Assembly (NCBI GenBank): GCA_964373795.1 | Contig: CAYJVY010000009.1 | Coordinates: forward strand, 30,001 to 62,000 | Source of the DNA: an uncultured archaeon | Lineage (GTDB): Archaea > Iainarchaeota > Iainarchaeia > Iainarchaeales > DATDZZ01 | Length of the DNA: 32,000 nt | Direction of reading: 5' to 3' | Shown: in pieces, positions 1 to 8,471 of the stretch | Layout: every line of letters begins with the position of its first letter | Numbering within the stretch: position 1 is the first letter of the stretch | Translations under genes and position numbers: made by a program | Notes under the pieces: generated by a model | Told to the model about the DNA's origin: nothing | Databases searched by the model: none | The model's input: the letters and a program-made list of their open reading frames with translations, nothing else

Positions 1-222
1 TTCTTTTAATTCATTTGGGTTTGCTTTTTCTAGTACTTGACAGAATTGAAAATTTTTTTCTGGAAAGTTTTTTTCCACAAATTGCTTTAATTCTTTTAAC
101 TCGTTTTTAGAGAAATTTTTTGCAAGAATTAATTGCATGGTGCCTAAAACCTTTGCTGTTTCCAAAAATTCCTTTAAATCACTTTTTCTTTCAAAAAAAA
201 CCAAATCAGTTGTTTTAGTCAT
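1..222 (-). CDS. Partial CDS (N-terminal ~74 codons, runs off left edge); hypothetical, possibly RNase P protein component 3 (Rpp30-like)
   Basis: The reverse strand from ATG at 222-220 reads MTKTTDLVFFERKSDLKEFLETAKVLGTMQLILAKNFSKNELKELKQFVEKNFPEKNFQFCQVLEKANPNELKE with no stop before position 1. It is missing from the ORF track because it is truncated. The Rpp30 guess rests only on vague N-terminal resemblance and the known archaeal L15e/Rpp30 neighbourhood. Confidence 0.35.
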   Translation of the reverse strand, partial: MTKTTDLVFFERKSDLKEFLETAKVLGTMQLILAKNFSKNELKELKQFVEKNFPEKNFQFCQVLEKANPNELKE

Positions 223-310
223 TATGTTATTTACTTTAATTAACTTATTAAAAATAGTGTAGTGATTAAGACATTAATTATTTTTCTTCTAATTTTTTGT
301 GGTGGAAACT

Positions 311-318
311 TTTATATT
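311..318 (+). promoter_or_regulatory. TATA-box candidate (TTTATATT) for the PEBP gene
   Basis: An A/T box sits 17-24 nt upstream of ATG 335, which is the spacing expected for a leaderless or short-leader archaeal transcript. Confidence 0.4.
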
Positions 319-334
319 AAAGTAAGCGCTAATA

Positions 335-928
335 ATGCTCATGAAATTAAATTCAATTCAAGTTTTAGTTTTAATCTTAATAGTGTTTGTTTTAGCTAGT
401 GGGTGTGTTTTAAATCAATCTGCCTCAAAATTAACTGATTCAACAGCTGGGCAACCAAAGCTTGGAACAAAAACAGAGCTTAAACTAACTAGCTCAGCAT
501 TTAATGATGGCGAATTCATTCCATTCAAGTATAGTTGTGAAGGAGGAAACAATAGTCCTCCATTAGAAATTACTGGCTTGCCTCAAGAGACTAAGAGTTT
601 GGTTTTAATAATGGACGATCCAGATGCAGTTGAAGTTGTTGGATTTATTTTTAATCATTGGACTGTATTTAACATTGATCCTTCTACTACTTCAATTAAA
701 GAAAATCAAAAATTTGGAACTCTGGGAACTACTGGGGCGAACGAAAAAGCTTATTTAGGGCCTTGTCCTCCGCCTCCTAGAACTCATACTTATTCTTTTA
801 AGTTGTATGCTCTTGGTTCAACTTTGAGTGTTTTTGAAGGCGTAACGAGAGATGAAGTTGTAAAAGCAATGCAGGGAAAAATTCTTGCACAAACAGAGTT
901 AAAAGGTAAATATAAGAGTTCTGGGTAA
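335..928 (+). CDS. PEBP/YbhB-YbcL family (Raf kinase inhibitor-like) protein with N-terminal signal/lipobox-like sequence
   Basis: DDPDA...HW and GPCPPPPRTHTYSFKLYAL match the PEBP family signature. The N-terminus LVLILIVFVLASGC looks like a signal peptide with a lipobox Cys. Confidence 0.8.
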   Translation: MLMKLNSIQVLVLILIVFVLASGCVLNQSASKLTDSTAGQPKLGTKTELKLTSSAFNDGEFIPFKYSCEGGNNSPPLEITGLPQETKSLVLIMDDPDAVEVVGFIFNHWTVFNIDPSTTSIKENQKFGTLGTTGANEKAYLGPCPPPPRTHTYSFKLYALGSTLSVFEGVTRDEVVKAMQGKILAQTELKGKYKSSG

Positions 929-952
929 ATGGCAAAAATAGTGAAAAAGATT

Positions 953-1564
953 TTATTTTGCATGCCTGTTATGAGCTCTTAATGAAGGCCTGTTCTTGGA
1001 TCTTTTTCTTTTAGATTTGTCTTTTAATCCTCTGGATTTTTTTTGAGCTGAAGTTAAACCTCTTAAAGCTCTTTTAGTATGTTGTCTTTCAAAAACCCAG
1101 TTTAATTCTTTATCTGATCTAACTGTTGGAGCCCAAGGATCAACTAATATTACTTCAAAGTAATGATTTTTCCCATCTTCTCCAATGTAGTAAGAATTTA
1201 ATACTTCCATGTTTGGATATTTTTTTTGAACTCTTTGTTCAGCTATTCCTTGAATTGACATTCTTCTAGTTAACTTGTTTACTCCCATTCTTTTAGGTCT
1301 TCGTCCCCATCTAGGTCTTCTAAATAATCCTGTTCCTTTTCTGATTCTAATTCTTGCAACAATTATTCCTTGTTTTGCTTTATAGCCAAGTTGTCTTGCT
1401 CTAGGCAAATTAGTTGGATGCTCGACTCTTACAATTGCGTTTTTTTCTTTTCGAAACCCAATTAATCTTTGCCTGTAAATTTCGGCATAATCGTATTCCT
1501 TGTCTTCAACTCCTTTAAACTCTTTTTGAAAAGTTTCTTTAATGAGTTGAGTTGCAGTATTCAT
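953..1564 (-). CDS. rpl15e: 50S ribosomal protein L15e
   Basis: RVEHPTNLPRARQLGYKAKQGIIVARIRIRKG...LNSYYIGEDGKNHYFEVILVDP...RGLTSAQKKSRGL matches the L15e family across its full length. Confidence 0.93.
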   Translation of the reverse strand: MNTATQLIKETFQKEFKGVEDKEYDYAEIYRQRLIGFRKEKNAIVRVEHPTNLPRARQLGYKAKQGIIVARIRIRKGTGLFRRPRWGRRPKRMGVNKLTRRMSIQGIAEQRVQKKYPNMEVLNSYYIGEDGKNHYFEVILVDPWAPTVRSDKELNWVFERQHTKRALRGLTSAQKKSRGLKDKSKRKRSKNRPSLRAHNRHAK

Positions 1565-1698
1565 TCAAAATTCACTCCAAAAAATCGAACAATAAATCTG
1601 GTTACATTTTAACATTTAATTAATAATTATTTGTTGAAAGCAATACTTTAAAAGCCTTGTTTCAAAAGCAATTTCTACATAATTTTTTTAATTCATTT

Positions 1699-2412
1699 TT
1701 ATTTTTTTAATAATACTTTTAATGAAAATATGTGTAAGAGAATTGATAATGGCACGGCAAAAGCTGGAACCATTACAAGTGGAAAAGCTGTAACTAATTT
1801 GTTTTGGTTATTTAACGCCAAGACTTGAATTGCGCTTGGACTAGTTAAAATTCCTAAAGTTAAAGCCAATAACAAGTCTGCTATTCCAAGATAATTCCAT
1901 GCAATTGCAATTTCTCTTGCAAATATTTTTTTCTTTAAATACATGAATGCAATTATTGGAGCTGTAAATCCCACAATTATATCTCCAACCCCTGTAGGAA
2001 TTGCAAATTCTCCTGGCAGTAATCCTTGCAAGTAAAGTGTTATGAAAATAATTCCTAGTAAGCGATATACCTGAATTACAATAATCCAATGAGTTGGAAT
2101 TACTTCAACGATTTTTTTAAAATCCTCTGAATATTTCAGTAAAATCAATCCAACAATTATTGGCAAAAAAATTAATACAATGTTTGGAATTGCCCAAGCA
2201 GTTGGATTAGGAATAAAGAAATCATTTAATCCTAAAAATACTGCTAAAAAAAACCAGATAATTAATGCAAATCCTATAAATAGTGGAAGCAATTTATTTT
2301 TCAACTTTATTTGATTTGAAACTAAATGCAATCCAATTAGCATTGCTAAAAGCGTTAAAAAATTCACGCCCAAATTTAAAGCAATTTCAATGAAAGATAT
2401 TTCTGTTGCCAT
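1699..2412 (-). CDS. Polytopic integral membrane protein, unknown function
   Basis: 237 aa with about 7 hydrophobic segments and a GVGDIIVGF motif. The nested ORF 1841..2089 is judged spurious. Confidence 0.6.
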   Translation of the reverse strand: MATEISFIEIALNLGVNFLTLLAMLIGLHLVSNQIKLKNKLLPLFIGFALIIWFFLAVFLGLNDFFIPNPTAWAIPNIVLIFLPIIVGLILLKYSEDFKKIVEVIPTHWIIVIQVYRLLGIIFITLYLQGLLPGEFAIPTGVGDIIVGFTAPIIAFMYLKKKIFAREIAIAWNYLGIADLLLALTLGILTSPSAIQVLALNNQNKLVTAFPLVMVPAFAVPLSILLHIFSLKVLLKK

Positions 2413-2441
2413 ATTTTTACTTAAATGAAATGCATGGAATG

Positions 2442-2450
2442 CTTTAAATC
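2442..2450 (+). promoter_or_regulatory. TATA-box candidate (CTTTAAATC) for the tRNA thiolase gene
   Basis: It lies 23 nt upstream of ATG 2473 with no SD motif between, which suggests a leaderless mRNA. Confidence 0.35.
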
Positions 2451-2472
2451 CTTTTCATAGATTATTTTTTTA

Positions 2473-3489
2473 ATGATTCAAATTCAAAACAAGAGTTCAT
2501 GCGATTTATGTCCTGAAAAAAAAGCAATTACTTTAACTTATGGTCCACACAATTTTTGTGAAAAACATTTTATTTACTTTTTTGAAAGAAGAGTTAAACG
2601 AACCGTTCGCCAGTATAATATGATTAGTAAATCAGATGTAGTTGCAATAGGTGTTTCAGGAGGCAAGGACTCTGTTGCAGTATTGCATTTGCTTTCAGAC
2701 ATTGTTGGGAAAAGAAATAAATTGTTTGGAATTTCAGTTGATGAAGGAATTAAAGGTTATAGAGATTTAGCTCTTGAAGAAGCTAAAAAAAATTACAAGG
2801 AATTAGGAATTGATTTTGTAACTGTTTCTTATGAAGAAAAATTCGGAACAAACATGGTTGAGGTAGTTAAAGAAATTCATTCAAATGAATTGCCTCAAAA
2901 GAGTTGCAGTTTTTGTGGAGTTTTTCGGAGAAGAAGTTTAAATGATGCAGCAATTGAATTTGGGGCTTCAAAGCTTGCAACAGGACATAACTTGGACGAT
3001 GAAGTGCAAAGCATTTGCATGAATATTTTTGAAAATGATTTGGAAAGACTTGCAAGGCTTGGTCCTGTAACTGATTCAAAAATTGATGGATTAATTCCAA
3101 GAATTAAACCTTTATATTCTTCTCCTGAAATGGAGATTCCAGTTTATGCTATGATGAAAAATTATCCTTTTTACATGGAGGAATGTTGTCCTTTTTCAAG
3201 CCAAGCTAAAAGAAATCATTTCAGGGAAATGCTGAATAAAATGGAGGCTTCCTTGCCTGGAACAAAATACTCTATTTTAAATTCTTTTTTTAGAATGAAA
3301 CCCTTACTAAACTCATTTAAATCTGAAGGAAAATTAAAAGAATGCATTAAGTGTGCGGCAATCTCCGCTGGAGAAAAATGTCAAGCCTGTTTAATGCTTG
3401 AAAAACTTGGATTAAAAGCTAATTACATTAAAACAAATTTAGGAAATAATAATTTTCAGAAAGCTGAAAACCTATTTGTAGAAAATTAA
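2473..3489 (+). CDS. ncsA: tRNA 2-thiolation PP-loop ATPase (NcsA/TtuA/Ctu1 family)
   Basis: It has an N-terminal CxxC...C zinc motif, the PP-loop SGGKDS, GHNLDDEVQSICMN and a C-terminal CIKC...CQAC zinc finger. Confidence 0.82.
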   Translation: MIQIQNKSSCDLCPEKKAITLTYGPHNFCEKHFIYFFERRVKRTVRQYNMISKSDVVAIGVSGGKDSVAVLHLLSDIVGKRNKLFGISVDEGIKGYRDLALEEAKKNYKELGIDFVTVSYEEKFGTNMVEVVKEIHSNELPQKSCSFCGVFRRRSLNDAAIEFGASKLATGHNLDDEVQSICMNIFENDLERLARLGPVTDSKIDGLIPRIKPLYSSPEMEIPVYAMMKNYPFYMEECCPFSSQAKRNHFREMLNKMEASLPGTKYSILNSFFRMKPLLNSFKSEGKLKECIKCAAISAGEKCQACLMLEKLGLKANYIKTNLGNNNFQKAENLFVEN

Positions 3490-3513
3490 TCTTTCAATTT
3501 TAGGTGAAATAAA

Positions 3514-4683
3514 ATGCCATTGAAATTAGTTAAACATTATCCTCTTACTTCAAATGTTTTATTGTTGTCTTTCATTGGATTGTTTTTTGGTTTAGGTGGA
3601 GGATTTGTTGAATCAATTTGGGCTGTTTATTTGAAGGGATTTGTTTCAACTAACTCTGAAGTTGGATTTATTACTACTTTTGGATCTATTGTTGCATTGC
3701 TTTCTCTTTTCTTTTTAGTTCCACTTCTTGAAAAAAAAGGTGAAGCAAGTTTGTTCAAAATATTCATGTTAATTAATTCAATTCTTTTAGTATTTTTTTA
3801 TTTTATTAATCAATTTATTTTTTTCTTAATTCCTTACATTATTTTGATTATTGTTTCAAATGGATGGATTTTAAGCTTTCATATTACTTTAAGAAATTTT
3901 TCTTCAAAATCCAAGGTTGGAACTGTTTACGGAGAATATCTTACTTTTAATAATTTGGGGTGGATTATTGCTCCTTTACTTGTTTCAAGTATAATTGTTT
4001 TTTTTGGTTTTAAAGAAGTTTTTTTAATTGCCGCTTTTTTGTATTTTTTATCTGCAGTTGTTTTTGTATTTATTCCTAAACAAAAAAATTCTTCTGTGCG
4101 AAAAATTGATGTAAATATTTTTAAAAATTTAAAAGATTTTTTTCAACATAAAGGTTATGCAAAAGGGTTTATTATTTCATTTTTCTATCGTTTTTGGCTT
4201 ACCTTGATTTGGGTATATGTTCCTTTATTCATACTGGATTTGGGTGGAACAATTGAATTGATTGTAGTAACTTTAGGCCTATTTTTTGTTCCATATGTAT
4301 TGATTGAATATTTTGTTGGAAAAATTGCTGATAAAAAAGGTTTAAAGCTTTTTTTTATTTCAGGTTTTTTTATTTTTGCTTTATTCTCTGCCTTAATTTT
4401 TGTTTTTTACGATTTAAAATTATTGCCTTGGCTAGTAATTTTAAGTGGGTTTGGAGGTGCAATGATTGAACCATTACTTGGCCCTTATTTTTTTAAGGTT
4501 TCGGAAAAAAAAGAATCAGATCATTTTTATCCAATTTATTTTTCTGCTCAAGAACTGGGGAGACTTTTTTCAAGGATTTCAATTGCATTGTTGTTGCTTT
4601 TTCTTCCAATTCAGTTTTCTTTTTTGTTTTCAGCATTTATTTTACTTATTGCCACTGTTTTTTCTTTTTCATTAGAGGTTTGA
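3514..4683 (+). CDS. MFS-type transporter (about 12 TM)
   Basis: 389 aa, strongly hydrophobic, with two halves of about 6 TM separated by a basic loop (PKQKNSSVRKIDVN). An SD-like AGGTGA lies 6 nt upstream of the ATG. Confidence 0.65.
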   Translation: MPLKLVKHYPLTSNVLLLSFIGLFFGLGGGFVESIWAVYLKGFVSTNSEVGFITTFGSIVALLSLFFLVPLLEKKGEASLFKIFMLINSILLVFFYFINQFIFFLIPYIILIIVSNGWILSFHITLRNFSSKSKVGTVYGEYLTFNNLGWIIAPLLVSSIIVFFGFKEVFLIAAFLYFLSAVVFVFIPKQKNSSVRKIDVNIFKNLKDFFQHKGYAKGFIISFFYRFWLTLIWVYVPLFILDLGGTIELIVVTLGLFFVPYVLIEYFVGKIADKKGLKLFFISGFFIFALFSALIFVFYDLKLLPWLVILSGFGGAMIEPLLGPYFFKVSEKKESDHFYPIYFSAQELGRLFSRISIALLLLFLPIQFSFLFSAFILLIATVFSFSLEV

Positions 4684-4700
4684 ATAGATATTTAATATTT

Positions 4701-6656
4701 TTATTTGGTTTCTAATTTTTTTATTTTTTTTTCTAATTCGTTCATTGTGTTAACTTTTTTTTCTAAACCACTTAAAATTGATTCAATGTGTTCTTCAAAG
4801 TCTTCTTCTATTTTCTTTAAATCAAGCGACTTTTTTTTCAGCATTGAAACAGAGTCATCAATCATTACTTTTTGTTTTAAAACCTCTTTTTTAATTTCTT
4901 CAACTTTTTTATCTACTGGATCTAATTTTTTCTTTACAATTGAGTCGAATTCGTCTTTGAATTTTTCAAGTGACTGCATTTCTTGAAGTAATCTATCTAT
5001 GTCGAGTTTTTCTAGAGCCATGTCTTTGAATTTTTTTAATTCTTCTGGGCTTGCAGCTTTTCTTGTAGAAGCGTTCTCTTCAATTGCTTTATTCATTTCA
5101 ATTTTCATTTCTTCAAATTTTAGTTTCATTAAATCTTCAATGTACTTTCCCATTATTGTTTCATCAATTGATTTTCCTATTTCATCTATTGCATCCATTT
5201 TTCTTTTCACTTGGTTATCCCATTCTTTTAACTTTAAGGAAATGATATCATTTATTTGGTTTTCAATTCTTGTTAAATCAAGTGATTCTTGTAATTTAAT
5301 TAATTCTTCTGTTTTCAAATCAATTCTTGTTTCTAATTCAACTATTCTGTTTTCATTTGATTGTTCAATGTCGTATAATTTTTTGTCTGCTATTTGGTTT
5401 ATTTTTTGTTCAATTTTTTCTGGAGTAATTGTTTCTTTTAATTGTCTTAATTCATCTAATCTGTGTTTTAGTTCTTGTGAAAGATTTCCAACGCTTTCAG
5501 AAACCATTGATTTAACTTTTTCGTCAACAGTTCTTGGAGTTAATCCTTGGTTTAATTCTTTTAATTGAGTTAAATAGTCTTCAACTCTTCTAGTTATTTC
5601 TGCATTTTTTAAATTAATGCTTTCCTGAATTTTTTTATTTACTTCTTCAGGGTTTAAAGTTATTTCAATTTCTTTTGCTTTTTCAATGTTTCTTGAAACA
5701 ATTTCATCCATTTCTTTTGTTTTGTCTGAAATTATTCTGTCAATTCTTTGTCCAACTTTTTCTGGGTCTACTTTTGTTTCAAGTAATTCAAGTGAGTCAA
5801 GTTCTTTTTTTACTTGTTGTTCTAGTTCTTGAATTTTTTCACTTAATGCGAGTTCAACTTTTTCTTCAGTTCTTTTAACCAAGCTTTGAGCAACTGTATG
5901 CTCTAATTCTAATGCGCGGCTTACAGCTTCTTCTAATTGAATGCTTTTTTGTTTCATGTCTTCTATTGCGCCATTCATTTTGTCTTCTAAATCAGTTTTT
6001 TCTTTTTCTAAACTAGTTATATTTGTTGTAACCTCTGTTAACAATTCTTTTACTGTTCCTTGTTTTGCGTCAAGCTTTGCTAAATCTCCTTGCACTTTTA
6101 AATTTAATTGCTTTGCTTCTTCTAATGCGCTTATAACTTGTTTTTCGAATTGAGTTGTTTTTGTTTCAAGAACTGTGTTAATCTTGCTTGCCATTAATTC
6201 TTTTCTGGATTCAAATAATGCAGTAATTTTTCTTGATTCACTGTCAAATAAATCCACTATTCTTTTTTTTTCTAACTCCATTGAATTTGTTACTTTTTCT
6301 TCAATTATTGAATCAATGTCTTCTTTTAATTGCTTCATTTCTTTTAATTTTTCATTCATTGCCCCTAAAATTTCTGAACTCCACATAGTGCCTCTGTCAA
6401 CTGAAGGTGCTTGCACGCCAGGCCTTGAAGTAGGCTCTGTAGTAATTCCTAAATCAATTTTTGGTTTAGTAAAAGTAGTTCCTGTTTCAACTGGCTTTGA
6501 AGGATGTCGTTCGTTTTTCACTTGTTCAACTAATTTTTTTGCTTCAGCTCGAGAAAGATATGAACTTAATTTATCAATTATCTCATTATCTGTAACCCCT
6601 AAATCCATTAAACGTCTAATAGTATTTAGATAAACTTCAGTAGTTGTATCAGGCAT
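4701..6656 (-). CDS. Large K/E-rich coiled-coil protein with internal ~38 aa repeats, unknown function
   Basis: 651 aa. It has a short helical N-domain, a Pro/Thr linker, then heptad-like K/E/L/I-rich sequence. A TATA candidate GTTTAAATATAC lies about 30 nt upstream on the minus strand (about 6683-6694). All plus-strand ORFs inside it are F/S/L-rich mirror artefacts. Confidence 0.75.
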   Translation of the reverse strand: MPDTTTEVYLNTIRRLMDLGVTDNEIIDKLSSYLSRAEAKKLVEQVKNERHPSKPVETGTTFTKPKIDLGITTEPTSRPGVQAPSVDRGTMWSSEILGAMNEKLKEMKQLKEDIDSIIEEKVTNSMELEKKRIVDLFDSESRKITALFESRKELMASKINTVLETKTTQFEKQVISALEEAKQLNLKVQGDLAKLDAKQGTVKELLTEVTTNITSLEKEKTDLEDKMNGAIEDMKQKSIQLEEAVSRALELEHTVAQSLVKRTEEKVELALSEKIQELEQQVKKELDSLELLETKVDPEKVGQRIDRIISDKTKEMDEIVSRNIEKAKEIEITLNPEEVNKKIQESINLKNAEITRRVEDYLTQLKELNQGLTPRTVDEKVKSMVSESVGNLSQELKHRLDELRQLKETITPEKIEQKINQIADKKLYDIEQSNENRIVELETRIDLKTEELIKLQESLDLTRIENQINDIISLKLKEWDNQVKRKMDAIDEIGKSIDETIMGKYIEDLMKLKFEEMKIEMNKAIEENASTRKAASPEELKKFKDMALEKLDIDRLLQEMQSLEKFKDEFDSIVKKKLDPVDKKVEEIKKEVLKQKVMIDDSVSMLKKKSLDLKKIEEDFEEHIESILSGLEKKVNTMNELEKKIKKLETK

Positions 6657-6696
6657 TTAATTCACTGAAAAATTAACTCATTTCGTATATTTAAAC

Positions 6697-7010
6697 CCTG
6701 CGCCGTAAAATTAAATTCTGCCCTTTGCCGTCTTGTGCAGTTAGCATGAATCGTTTGGCTGGTTGGGCATATGCTCATGTGAGCATTCAGCTTCAAGGAA
6801 GCTTTTAGAAAAAGCTTCAGCAAAAGTTTTTGCCACAATTCAAATCAAAGATTTGAATGTGCATTCAAATACAAAGTATTTGAATTGCAACTTTTTTCCA
6901 AAAAGTTGGCTGAACCTTGCACGGCTGAACTGCGAAGAAAAGCTGGCAAAAGAAAGAAAAAGAAAGTTGTCGCGCTCGGTGAGCAACTGATTTAATGAAT
7001 TCGAGTTGTT
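6697..7010. ncRNA. Candidate structured non-coding RNA (class unassigned), GC-enriched island with five perfect hairpins
   Basis: G+C is locally much higher than the surroundings. Perfect hairpins occur at 6771-6786, 6799-6817, 6838-6858, 6863-6885 and 6888-6908. They are enclosed by long-range complementarity of 6724-6745 with 6924-6950. Confidence 0.4.
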
Positions 7011-7016
7011 TCGCTG

Positions 7017-7244
7017 TTAGAGTGAGACTAGTATTACGTTGTCTCCTCTTAAAACTATTTTTCCGTATTTTTTTTTGACTTCATTGTTTTCAAGTAAGTC
7101 TGCTTGATGGAGTATTAGGTTCATGTGTACATCGAATGCTTTTAGTGTTCCTCTTATTTGTCTTTCTCCTTTTAATTCAATTAGCACTGTTTTTCCAATT
7201 GAATCGCTTAAAAAATCAAATGGCCTTGATTGATCGGTTGTCAT
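7017..7244 (-). CDS. Sm-like archaeal protein (LSm/SmAP)
   Basis: 75 aa. Sm1/Sm2 motifs are present in VLIELKGERQIRGTLKAFDVHMNLIL...IVLRGDNVILVS. An AGGAG SD lies in the 12 nt gap after minD. Confidence 0.9.
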   Translation of the reverse strand: MTTDQSRPFDFLSDSIGKTVLIELKGERQIRGTLKAFDVHMNLILHQADLLENNEVKKKYGKIVLRGDNVILVSL

Positions 7245-7256
7245 GTTTTCTCTCCT

Positions 7257-8117
7257 TTATTTTTTTTTAAAAAATGAAATTATTTTTTCAATTAAACCCA
7301 TTTTTTTTGTTTCATTAGAACTTTGTGGAGTGCTTTGAGGTTGATCGCTTGAAGGCGTTTTTTTGAATAATCCTAGAAATCCTGTTTCTTGTTCTATTTT
7401 AACTTCTCTTCCAGTAAGTTTTTTAACTGTTTGGAAAATTGCTGTTGAAGCAATTGTTGAAGGTTTTCTTAGAATTACTGGTTGAACTCTTTCTTGTAGA
7501 AATGTTTTTCTTACTTCGTCGTCGAAAGGGATTACTCCGTAAATTGGTAGTTCAAGCATTTTGCTTACATCTATTTCGTTTATTTCTCCTTTTTCAAATC
7601 TTGCAAAATTTATTATTACTCCTAGTGGTTTGTTTCCTAGTCTTAGGCAAACTTTTTTTGTTTTAATTAAATCAGCTATTGCTGGAGAAATAGGCATTGT
7701 AATTAGTAAAGAGGTTTCTGCTGCTGAAATTGAAGCCATTACGTCTTTTCCTATTCCTGCAGGACCGTCTAATAAAATGAAGTCAAATTGTTTTTTAATT
7801 GAAGAAATAACGTCAACTAGTTTTTCTGAGTCAACTCTTCTATATGAATCAAGACTTAAACCGCTTGGAATGAATTTAGTGTTTGCAGGGCCATCATATA
7901 TTGCGTCTTCAATTACTGCTTCTTCTAATAATACATCGTGTAAAGTAATTGGAGAGGATTGCATTCCGAGCAAGAGTGAAAGATTTGCCATTGCAATATC
8001 TGTGTCAATCATGCATATATTAAATCCTGCTTTGGATAAAGCTATTCCGAGGTTTGCTACTAGAAAAGTTTTTCCTACTCCTCCTTTTCCTGAAACAAAT
8101 GAAATTGTTTTACCCAT
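7257..8117 (-). CDS. minD: MinD/ParA-family P-loop ATPase with C-terminal extension ending in an amphipathic helix
   Basis: It has the deviant Walker A SGKGGVGKT, DTD, and LLDGPAG (Walker B region). The C-terminal low-complexity QPQSTPQSS stretch is followed by MGLIEKIISFFKKK, which looks like a membrane-targeting helix. Confidence 0.85.
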   Translation of the reverse strand: MGKTISFVSGKGGVGKTFLVANLGIALSKAGFNICMIDTDIAMANLSLLLGMQSSPITLHDVLLEEAVIEDAIYDGPANTKFIPSGLSLDSYRRVDSEKLVDVISSIKKQFDFILLDGPAGIGKDVMASISAAETSLLITMPISPAIADLIKTKKVCLRLGNKPLGVIINFARFEKGEINEIDVSKMLELPIYGVIPFDDEVRKTFLQERVQPVILRKPSTIASTAIFQTVKKLTGREVKIEQETGFLGLFKKTPSSDQPQSTPQSSNETKKMGLIEKIISFFKKK

Positions 8118-8138
8118 GTTACATCAATATTGTTTAAA

Positions 8139-8471
8139 TTAATTTAATATTTTTTGTTTTGAGTTTTTTTGTAAAAATATTTCTATTTCTTTTGCAATTG
8201 ATTCTAGTTCGCATTTCGCTAAATCGCTTGCAGCTGTTATAATGTAAATTTTTTCATTCCATGGAATTAGCATTTTCCATGAATGTGATTTAATTAAAAC
8301 TATTTCTGATTTAGGCATTTCGGAATTAATGTAATTAAATAATGCTGTTCCACTTAAAGCGTCTTTTTGTCCAGACCCATTACTTGAAGCTAATGCAGAT
8401 CCATTTAAGTTTGAAATAGTAATTGATTCAACCAAGTGTTTTTTTTGTAACTCGTTTAGAAATTGTTTCAA
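8139..8471 (-). CDS. Roadblock/LC7 (MglB-like) domain protein; the frame stays open upstream to 8615 and the likely real start is upstream
   Basis: LNELQKKHLVESITISNLNGSALASS...IVLIKSHSWKMLIPWNEKIYIITAAS fits the Roadblock/LC7 pattern. The track start is a TTG without an SD. See the finding on a possible ATA start at 8612. Confidence 0.6.
   Translation of the reverse strand: MKQFLNELQKKHLVESITISNLNGSALASSNGSGQKDALSGTALFNYINSEMPKSEIVLIKSHSWKMLIPWNEKIYIITAASDLAKCELESIAKEIEIFLQKNSKQKILN

Noticed and set aside
335-1564. PEBP gene as a mobile insertion between L15e and the Rpp30-like ORF
   Set aside because: Only the opposite orientation suggests it. I saw no flanking repeats, no compositional shift and no mobility gene.
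1841-2089. 82 aa ORF nested in a different frame on the same strand as the membrane protein gene, and 2867..3100 antisense to the tRNA thiolase gene
   Set aside because: They overlap longer ORFs that have coherent membrane or enzyme features. Their composition is Cys/Asn-rich noise and they have no translation signals.
4705-6633. Plus-strand ORFs 4705..4986, 4999..5568, 5675..5878, 5941..6153 and 6175..6633, antisense to the 651 aa coiled-coil gene
   Set aside because: Their F/S/L/I-rich low-complexity translations are the mirror image of K/E/L codons on the coding strand. They have no SD or TATA context, and the minus-strand ORF is long and uninterrupted. The same reasoning applies to 7439..7666, 7561..8142, 20664..21044, 21843..22034, 22034..22342, 22604..22804, 10323..10730, 17063..17347, 17849..18049 and similar antisense ORFs.
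6763-6990. 75 aa ORF (TTG start) in the LSm / coiled-coil intergenic region
   Set aside because: It spans the block of perfect hairpins and the GC-rich island. It has no SD, uses a TTG start and has odd composition. The region is better explained as structured RNA or DNA.
6697-7010. Assignment of the GC-rich element as SRP (7S) RNA or RNase P RNA
   Set aside because: An AAGG/AGCA internal loop is present. There is no GNAR tetraloop on a short apical stem, no room for an Alu domain outside the closing helix, and no GGAAAGUCC or ACAGAA..GGCUUA RNase P motifs on either strand. It is kept only as an unclassified RNA candidate.
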